Shown: positions 23,573 through 34,000 of the stretch, in pieces
Position numbering within the stretch: position 1 is the stretch's first letter
How the letters are laid out: every line of letters starts with the position of its first letter
Assembly (NCBI RefSeq): GCF_003918875.1
Contig: NW_025767515.1
Location: 62,001 to 126,000 of the forward strand
Direction: 5' to 3'
Length of the DNA: 64,000 bases
DNA from: Haliotis rubra
Taxonomy: Eukaryota
Notes under the pieces: model-generated
What the model was told of the DNA's origin: nothing
Seen by the model: the letters and a program-made list of their open reading frames with translations, nothing else
The model's database searches: none
Position numbers and translations under genes: made by a program

Positions 23573-25132
23573 ATGGCCGGAACTATTCCAGACATCCATA
23601 TTGATGAGGACTGTGAAGTGGCCATGTCTGAAGCATTCGAGGAATTCTGCCAGAGATGTGATCAGCTTTATAAACGAGTTGCTCATAGCCCTGCGCCACC
23701 GCAGAAAGAATTCAAAAAGGACTCTCGGTACTGGCTGCACAAGAACAGGAACAGACGATCACAGCAGAAATACAGTGACGATGGCGAGCTCACATACGAC
23801 CAAGTCTTCTCTGTCATTGGCAAGAGTGGAAGGCGCTTCAAGAAAGATTCCCGTGTGTGGCTTCACAAGTCATCCGACAGAGCGTACATAACAAGCCAGT
23901 TACAGAAGAACTGCAACTGCAACGGCGTTCCCCGTACCAACGTTGACAAAAGGGTAACCCTTAGGAACAAGGTCACCACTACAAACCCAATATTTCTAAA
24001 TTGTAGTATGAAAGTTCCTGACCAGCTCTGTGAAAAGTTGAGAGATGCTGGATGCGGCCGTAAACGGAAGAGAGGAGAATTTATGTCGTCTGCCCCGTCC
24101 TCCCCTGCAAAGAAAACCGAATCTAATCTTGCTACGCTGTCACGCAGTCTGGACAGGGATGTGGGAATTACAAGATGTGTTAACAGGATGGATGGCGATG
24201 CAATTGGCCTCCTCCGTACCGCCTCAACTGAGACAGTTTATGGCAGCTCATCGGATGAAGTCCAGCAGAAGTCACCATGGCCAGACTTTCAAGCCATGTC
24301 TGATAACACGTCCTCCAACAAGCTGGACGGTGACCACTCGCCAGCTTCGTCGGATGGAAGGTGACACCTTCTGTAGTTTGTGAACGCATTTTTAAGAAAT
24401 ACGAAACATATATACCTCACATTAATTTCTCTTCATGATGGATTTATGCCTGGGCATTGTCCGACCTGTGGTGGAATCTCATTAACACACACACACACAC
24501 CCCTATTAAGTGACCGTTGTTGAAACTCTTGTGATATCAACCGCAATATTTTCTTAGGAACCAAACAAAGTTAATCATAAAGCGTGTCTGTTTGTAATTT
24601 GTGTGCCTATTTCTATTTAAAGTGTTACATATTCGATCTTGAGTAGCTGGACCCCTGCTGGTTTTCTGGGGGTAAGCTTGATATAGATGTTTCTGAAGGG
24701 GCCAGCCAATTGAGTTGTGTTTCTTAGTCCATACACATTGTGATTTTTGGCTAGTTAAAAGACTGTTGGAATTGACCCCAAACGCTGTAAAGATCTCTTA
24801 TTCTTTAGTATGGCCATAGACCATAGAGACCAAAAGGAAAAAACAATCTTAACACTATAGAGAATATTTACGTTATTATTTTCAGCACCCGCTTGATCAA
24901 TGAGCAATGCCATGATTCCGCGCCAAATTCAGACACGTCACGAGGGGATCTGATGGACGACCAGGTGTCACTGCATTTCATAGTAGAGGAGTCGAGGTAC
25001 GACCCCCCGATAACACCCCCCGGAAGTCCCTGGCAAGAGCAATGTGGGGAGATGGACGTGGAAGTAGAAGCTGCCTTCTCCGAGGACAGCAATTCAGAAT
25101 TACACTGGCGAAACTTCAACACCAACAACTAG
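23573..25132 (+). CDS. Uncharacterised two-exon protein (344 aa)
   Basis: Exon 1 is 23573-24360 (long GC-elevated ORF, AG|GTGACA donor). Exon 2 is 24886-25132 (ttttcag acceptor, phase 2, in frame with the 24893-25132 ORF). Internal repeat FKKDSR[Y/V]WLHK with synonymous divergence. Confidence 0.8.
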
Positions 25133-26334
25133 GCAATGTGCTATCTAATTGATGTAATTGAAACTGAATAACAGTGAATGTTCTAAAACACGCACACAAA
25201 CCAAAAGCACAGCGATTACGGTAAATTCAAAAATACTCTCACCACTTTTTAAGAAAATGGTTCAGGTGTATTGCAACATATTTGTATTTGAAAATATATC
25301 ATTAAGTTAATAGATTCAGTCTATGTTGCTACACGTTACTGGTTAATTTTGTATTGTTTTTCTTTATTTCATTGTTGTCCTTTTCCTTATGTTTGTTCCA
25401 TACTGCTAAATGTTTAAATCGGTGAAAGAAAGAATTGAACAGTAATTGTAACACGAATGCCCAGTATGAGACATTTTTCCTGAATCAGTCATATACCTTT
25501 TTGGGCATGTTTGTATTTCAACATTTACAATTCCCGAAAAGAATATTACCGCAAAATATGTACTACTCAACTACACGAAGCAGTTAAGCACCAGCAGAGC
25601 GCATACATGAAAAGCACATTCTAGTTAAGAGTGCCAGTGACAATGTTTGCCCACTAGATTTAAACTTCTTGCAATATTTTAAATAGCACTTTATCAATGT
25701 AATGGTTCAAACATCAACATAATATTTTTATATAAAATATGAAACCATATTGAATCTGTTGTCCTTTATCTTTTTCCCTGTTAGATTATCAGATGTAAAG
25801 GGTCGGGAATCCCATAAGATAGTTACTGTTTCTGTGTTTATAAGTGAAAGTAAAGTTCATACCATAACAATTTGTATGATACAACAGGAAACTGACCAAT
25901 CACACAAGAATGTTGATTGGTGTCAGCATTTGGATTGGTAAATATTTTACGTCTGTTTCAAACACTTTTTCAGTTGTGAGTGAGTGAGTATGGTTTGAAG
26001 CTGCTTTTAGCAATATTCCAGCAATATCACGGTGGGGAAACCAGAATTTTCAGTTGTGAACATTACGTTAATGTAACAGGGTTAAAACCAGACTATTCGC
26101 CTGCAGTGGGATTAATCATACTCATACCCTTCTTGAACAATTTACCATCGGTTTCAGCTATCAGTTCCTGCAGCCCATTCCCCTCCATGCATCCTCCACA
26201 CCACCTGTGATTTAATACTTGTAGAAGCAGCAAACATACTTTCCCATACTTACTCACGGGGAATCTCCATCAGTAAACATCTCAGTAGGAAGAATAGTTT
26301 AACTACTACATGCCACATGTGTACAAAGTTTGTT

Positions 26335-26742
26335 TGATGTTTAAAGCTGCACTCAGCAATATTCCAGCTATATGGCAGAGGTCTGTAAATAATCGAATAT
26401 TCCAGCTATATGGCGGAGGTCTGTAAATAATTGAATATTCCAGCTATATGGCAGAGGTCTGTAAATAATCGAATATTCCAGCTATATGGCGGAGGTCTGT
26501 AAATAATCGAATATTCCAGCTATATGGCAGAGGTCTGTAAATAATCGAATATTCCAGCTATATGGCGGAGGTCTGTAAATAATCGAATCTGGACCAGACA
26601 ATCCAGTGATCAACACCATGAGCATTGGGATATGATGACATGATCAACCAAGTCAGCGAGTCTGACCACCCAATCTCATTAGTCGCATTAGCAGCGAGAA
26701 TGTGTTGCTGAAGACCAATTCTAACCCGGGTCTTCATGGGTG
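26335..26742 (-). mobile_element. Family B SINE-like element containing 6 x 38-bp internal tandem repeat
   Basis: Homology to the copies at 295 and 30423; repeat spans about 26358-26586. Confidence 0.85.
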
Positions 26743-28027
26743 CATATGTGTAAAGACAGCTGTACATCAGGTGCTTGGTCTTGTCATCAAATGTCCAGTA
26801 GTTGAAAGAAATTTAACCACCTACACGGTTGTAGAGTAAAATCATGCCATACCACAGGATTGTAAAGTGTCAAATCAACAACAAAACAACGTGACCAACA
26901 TAAAAACATACTGCTTTATTTGTGTTCAAAATATAGTAGCACTTGTCCCTCGGACTGTGGTATCCTGGGGAAAGATATGTTCACCTTTTGTCTCAAACAC
27001 TTTACAAATCAATCTGAGTGCTACATTAATCACAAGCCTATAGATCATGGGACTGCAGTGCTTTTATAGCTTTGTGCCTGTGAACCATGGAATCTTTACT
27101 ATTACAAAGCAACTGACAAACACATGCTTATGACTTAGTTGGAATCTTATAATGGTCCCTGCTTTTAGGATGGGTTTCTGATCACTATGGCGATGCTTAT
27201 GAGAAGATGAAGCAGGACCAGAATCACAGTGAGCATCATCAAGTGACAATAAGCAACCAGTTCTGTATTTTGGGTTGTGTCACCCATGAAACTCCTGGTA
27301 ATACAATGACATCCTCATCACACATAAATACAAGTCTGTTTCCATGTGGTTCTCCACATGTAGATCTGATGACACCTTCCTCAACGATCCAGTCAGGACA
27401 ACCCGAGGTGAAGATATCACTGCATCCTATATGCCAAGACAATATTACCTATAGTTATACGAAGATCTGGCTCATACTTTGCTGTTTTTCAGTCGTATAA
27501 ATGAACGATGTGGATTCTTGAGCCTATCAAATTGTCAGCTTTCTAAAGTATTTCGGCTTCAATACTTAACTACCATAAATCCCAAAGTAATAAAAAATGA
27601 AAAGCCACAGTGGACACAGCAACTCCTTTGATGGCATTCCCTCTTGAGTGTACATGCCATCATGTTCAGAAACAAAGCATTTAAAATATCCACAACAACA
27701 TAGTTGTGAGGCCGTACTTACATACATGCCGAACATTTGTTTATAGTTCAATATATATACAGATTATATATGCTTCCTTCACTCTCAAACCTCCATACAG
27801 ATTTGCTGAGTCGAAAATTCACCTGACACGACCTCCAAATGACGTTTCATGTGCCCAGGGGGTTGCAAAAACTCTGGATGATGCAGAGACGTTTGTCAAT
27901 AACGTCCCTCCCGACACAACATTGTTACTAACAAGCCTCTCAATACAAAGTACGCATTGTGACTGTTGCATGATGACCAGCTTGTCCAGGTGCAAATGTT
28001 GTTTACACTTTCAGATCTGTCCATCTT

Positions 28028-28097
28028 TCAGTCCTCATTGTACCCATCGATTTCTGGTTCATCATCACTGTCTGTGTCAGTGGCTGGTACACGGTAA
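28028..28097 (-). CDS. POLR2M: POLR2M last coding exon
   Basis: (N)YRVPATDTDSDDEPEIDGYNED*. Confidence 0.85.
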
Positions 28098-31000
28098 CTG
28101 GCAGTGTTGAGGAAATGCTATTTGCTAAAATATACTTGACAACTGAAATATATTACTTTCATTCAAAATATAGAAGTTTATTCTTAAGTTAAGTGCAAAG
28201 TTAAGTCTAGAATATCTGCTGTCTGTTATGAAAACATGCAGTGAACCATATGAGTCTGGTCAGCCAATCCGTTAAGCAACACCTTGCCCTCTTATAACCC
28301 AAATATGTTGCTGGGGGTCTAATCCTACCAGGACAAAGGACTGGGCACTGATAGAAAGGATACTTCATGTTGGTTCCCTCTGGGTTGTAGTCATCCAGGC
28401 GGATGTGGAGTCGGCCTGCCAGCCTCTCCGTTGCCTGCCTCATCATCAGCTCCTGGAGGACAGGAACATTATTCATAAACATCAGTTGTATGCCTCTGTA
28501 CATAAACAGTAGACTGCCTCCAATCAGAGACCATATATGGTATCTGCTCCAATATAACCATTAGTAGAATGCCTCTAACATAAATATCAGTAGAATGCCT
28601 CTAACATAAATATCAGTAGAATGCCTCTAACATAAATATCAGTAGAATGCCTCTAACATAAATATCAGTAGAATGCCTCTAACATAATATCAGTAGAATG
28701 CCTCTAACCAGAGACCATATATGGTCTCTGCTCTAACATAAATATCAGTAGATGCCTCATCACATGAGCATCAGTTGCAGACATGTATAGGTGAATTGTA
28801 TCAGACTTAACAAAGTGGTAACCTGTACATGTGTCCCAATAACCTGTGCAGGTGTGTCCCACAATCCCCATGGGTGTCTGTCTCCATATCCTGTGTATCC
28901 CATTCCACCCCTATGTGCATCACTCCTATTCTGTGGATGTCCCCATAATGCAATGTTTCCCCCACCCCTATCATCCTACCCTGTGTGTGTAGCCTTTACC
29001 CCTTGTGTGCCCCCACCTACCTACCCTGTGTGACCCCACCTACCTACCCTGTGTGACCCCACCTACCTACCCTGTGTGCCCACCAATCCCATGCTTCAAC
29101 CCCCTGTGAGCCGCCCTACCCCATGCTGCTCCCTCTGCTGTGTGACGAGTTGCAGGGACTCCTCCACGGATATCAGCACACTCTTGTCATGCTTGTAGTC
29201 GGGCAGTACCACTGCAGACTCTTCCTTGGGCTTGGGATTTGAGGAGTCCATTGCACTCTCCGTCTTCCTCTCAGTCCTAGCTAACCCTCCTGGTGTAGGA
29301 CTGTCCTTTACGTTGCCCTGTTTTGATCTGAACTTGTACACTTCTGGTAAATCTTCAACCTTTGATATTTTCAAAGTGCTGAAGGTAAGGGTGACCAAAT
29401 TAGCTCTTCAAATATTGACACAAAATATCTTTTTTAACAAATTATTTTGTCTGTATGATGTGTACTTCACAGTATGAAACAATGACAAGTACATCAATAC
29501 CACATGACATGCTTACAGCATATACAAACAGAATCTGAAATATATGCCTGAACAATCCCTTTCAAAATATTAAACTTGAAGATAATACAAATACAGTCAT
29601 GTCTGACAAAATTATTCACAATAATATCTAACATGTCTCGTGTATCAGGTAATGTTTAAAGGCCTTATACAAAAATCAGGTCCATCATTCAGATAACTTT
29701 TCAACAGACAAAAGGATAATTTACTGAACTGTACATCAGAGACATGACTCAACATCTGAACCAGTATCATTACATAGGAGGAATAAATGAGAACCTAAAC
29801 AAAGAATTTACATAACTTTACCTGAACAAAGACAATTTACATAATTTTTCATCTGAGGTATAATTCATTATCTGAATACAGATTTACCTGTTTGGTTTGA
29901 AAGTTTTCTTGTGTGGAGTTTGTTCATTTGCCTTTTTGATGACACGTTCATAACTGTTGACGTATACATCCTCTCTGCCAGATACAGGCTGATCAGTAGA
30001 TATAGTCACTCTCTCCAACACCTCACTCAGTCTCTCACTAACATCCATAGCACTGGAATTATCTCCCGTCAATTCAATGTTCTTCCTTGTGACCAACACT
30101 TCACACAAATCAGCTTCAGTTTTGGAGATGTCTCCCTTTTGATGCACTTGATTCGTCCCAAAAGTTTGCACTTTCTTGTCGCTATGTGTGTTTGTGGTTT
30201 GTTTCTGTACAAGATCTGATATTTTCACACCTTCTAACTTTGAAGCTGCCTGATCCACTTCTTCCCTCTGAGTAATGAGTGTTCTCAAAGTTTCGGCAAA
30301 CATTTTCACTTTGACTCCCTTGTCAGGTAAAGTTTGAAGAAATTTCCTGTAGATCAAACATAATATTTGTGAGAAAAAATCACTGGAACCAAACCTTTTT
30401 CACATGAACACACGAATCTACAGTGAGTGAGTGAGTTTAGTTTTACGCCATACTCAACAATATTCGAGTTATATGGAAGAGGTCTGTAAATAATCAAGTC
30501 TGGACCAGACAATCCAGTGATCAACAGCATGAGCATTGATCTGTCCAATTGGGAACCGATTACATGTGTCAACCAAGTCAGCGAGCATGACCACCCGATC
30601 CCATTAGTCGCCTCTTATGCATGAATCTACAGCAAAATAAACATTGGAACCCAGACATTTGTTTGCATTTTATATAACTTTGAATTTGTTTGCTTATCAA
30701 ATAAACACTAAATTGACAGTGTTTGTTTATCAATATACACTATGTCAACAGTGTTAATAAAATGGTCCCCATGGCAACAGTGGTTAACACACAATCACAA
30801 TGTCAACAATGTATTCACTTTGTTGACAATATTTATCAAATTGTCACCATGTCAACAGTGTTTGTTTATCCCATAATCACAATGTCAACAAGAAGACAAA
30901 GTCATCAATATCCCCCGCAATGGCAAAATACTCTTCATGATTATGTCTACGAGTTATGATTATGTCAAATGTTTAGATGTGTATATAGAAAAGTGGAAGG

Positions 31001-34000
31001 AGAGTATTGAAAGGTTCTTAAAGTTCTGCTCCAGAAAGGAGCACTACCACCAATTTCAGTCTAAGTCAAACTTGTTGCCATGGATATGCCAAAAATATTT
31101 TATTCAGAAATCCAAAACTACCAAAAAGCACCAGTACACCACTAGATGTATGTATGTGCCAAGTTTGGTGAAGAAACATTAAACGGTTTTAGAGTTCAGC
31201 TCCGGAAAAGAGCTCTACCACCAATTTCAGTTTTAGTCAAACTTGTTGCCATGGAAATGCCAAAAATATTATATTCAGAATTCCAAAACTACCAAAAGGC
31301 ACCAGTACACCACCAGATCTATGTATGTGCCAAGTTTGGTGAAGAAATATTGAACGATTTTAGAGTTCTGCTCCGGAAAACACAAATGTGCAAGGATGGA
31401 CGGACAGAGTCCATTTTAATACCCCCCGCAACAGCGTTGCAGGGGATAACAATGTTTATCAAGTATCCACTTTGTTGACAGGATATTTTCAAACATTCAC
31501 TATGCCAACTCTGGTTATAAAATATCCACCATGATAACAGTGTTGGTTTATCAAATATTCTGTTAAGATATCAGTAAAAGGGACGAGGAAGGTGAAGGGC
31601 CCTTTTTGACCTTCAGGATCTGCATAATTAAATAATCAGCAAAATCTTAACAAAGATAACGAAACAATTGAATGTCTTGTACTTACAACAGAAAATACTC
31701 AGATAAAGCTAAAATGTGTTCTAAAGGGATTTTCAGCAAGCATATTCATTTGAACATGACAAAGTTGTTGACCCTAGCTGATTTTCATAGGTGCACATAA
31801 AAAAGTGCAAACACGTGGAAATGGGAAACAACCACGTTGGTGATATGAAATATCGCCTTGACAATCCGAATATCCAACAGAATTTTAGCAAGTCTTTATG
31901 AATTTCAAATTACCTCAGAATAAAGAGATAGCTCTGCATACAGAGAACACTACCAGTTTAATGAAGTATTCCCGACCATTCCTCAGTGTTCGGTATGTGA
32001 GATTATTTACAATCTATACAAACAGTGCATACCCTACACAATGACAGCACAATGATGATAACAGCTTGGCCTAATTAAAATGGCAATCATATTTCCACCA
32101 GTTGCAAGGATGACATGTATCCTCTGTGGTGAAACTAATTCAGTATGAAACATACTATTGCATACTGTCTATAATTTACAGCTCTGTACAATAGTGGAAT
32201 AATAATCCCATAACATTCAAAACCAATAAATATATTCTTTGCCATTCTCTTCCCACAGAGGTTACTTGTCATATCTTCCTATGAACCTCTGTTCTGATAC
32301 TGCCATATTTCCCAGTTCTCGTAAAATCCCCTAGCGGCAAAAAATCGCAACATAAATTAACTCCCTTCTTTCTATCCCATCAGAACACGTTACATCAGAT
32401 TAGATCCAGCTTGACTAATGCAAGCAAAAATGGGGCCACAAGTATCCCTCCTCTGCCGGGGACTTGTGTTGATGTGACACACAAGACATTTAATGGCTAG
32501 AATGTCCGTTGTCAATGAGAGCGATGGAGACGCCATTGATCCGACATTACATGACTTGAGTTCTGTATAGAAGAAATCTTTGCGCATTGAGCAGGGGAAG
32601 AGGTTCTAGTTTTCCCGAAGCATACGTAAATTACTGAGGCCTTGCGAATGATCACATTTGAAACAACGTCGTTGATTAAGTTGAACAACTATTGGCTATT
32701 GGATAAGTTACAGAAGGTGCAGAACACGGCCGCACTTATTATCAGTCGCATTCCCAAACATGGCCACATCACACCTGTTCTTAAACAGTTGCACTGGCTC
32801 CCCATCAAGGCAAGAAGCGACTACAAAATCCTCTGCTTGACCTACATGGCCCGTCACGGACTTGCTCCCCCATATCTCTCTGACCTGCTTACTCCTTACT
32901 CAAACAAGCGCTGCCTTCGATCATCCAATCAAGAGTTTCTGTTCGTGCCAAACTTCAAGCTTAAAACTTTTGGAAACCGGACTTTTTCATATGCAGCCCC
33001 AACCTTGTGGAATTCACTCCCATACAATCTGAAAGTTTCTGATAGTATTGCCACATTCAAGTCAGGACTCAAAACATACCTGTTTTCAATGTATTATTAG
33101 GAACTCTATTTTGGACGTGTACATATTGCTGTATAAATGTGGGAGACTCTTTTAATCTGTCATTGTTGCGCCTTGAGCATATCTGCTGACGTGGAAAAGG
33201 CGCATGAAGAAATCTGCATTTTATTATTTATTATTATTTAACTAAATCTGATTGCAACCAATCACGAATCCTGAACACTCGCACCATGAAAGGGACGTAA
33301 TAGAACAGAGGTTCATAGGAAGATATGACAAGTAACCTCTGTGGGAAGAGAATGATTCTTTGCATGTCTGTAGTTTTATGTCTCAATGAGCAGATTTCCA
33401 GCCATGTAGCAACCAAACGTCTCATGAACCATTGTCTATGTAAGTAACCCTGTGGTTGACATGAGCCCCCAGGGTCTGATGACACACAATCCACCCAGTC
33501 AGCATGCCTCACCACACTACCCAATAAAGTCACTTGTTACATTCCTTGCCACAAGCTAGTGGTGTTCCGATTAATTGAAGATTGGTCGCAGTAACCAAAC
33601 AACCAAGCAACCGATCACATTTTCTCATAATCGAACACAAACGATTTTGGAACTACTGTTTTAGTGTTTGAAACACTTCACGCTGGATCATATCTTAGAA
33701 GTTGTCAGTGTCTGCAAACGTGTTTAATTCTTTGAAAAATCGCTTCCCTTACTGAAATGTCATGACTGAATATTTCTTGAAGACTCCAGGAAGTTTATGT
33801 TCATGATATATTAGTCATCACTTCACTGTTGCAAGTTGCATCATGTTACATTGGATGTGAAATTTGGATTGGGAATGCAATTTGCGCAGTTTCTAAGTAA
33901 AACAAAAAATAACAGAGAACCATGTTTTTTCTTTATATTTATCTGCAATAACAACCTGAACAGGAAAATCTAAAAAAATGATGCAAACCTTTTTTTTCAA

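Noticed and set aside
27064-28027. Short ORFs or a selenoprotein-like reading in the POLR2M downstream region
   Set aside because: No recognisable homology, splice structure or SECIS; best explained as POLR2M 3'UTR.
32642-33100. 152-aa host gene
   Set aside because: It is the C-terminus of a truncated L2 LINE ORF2.
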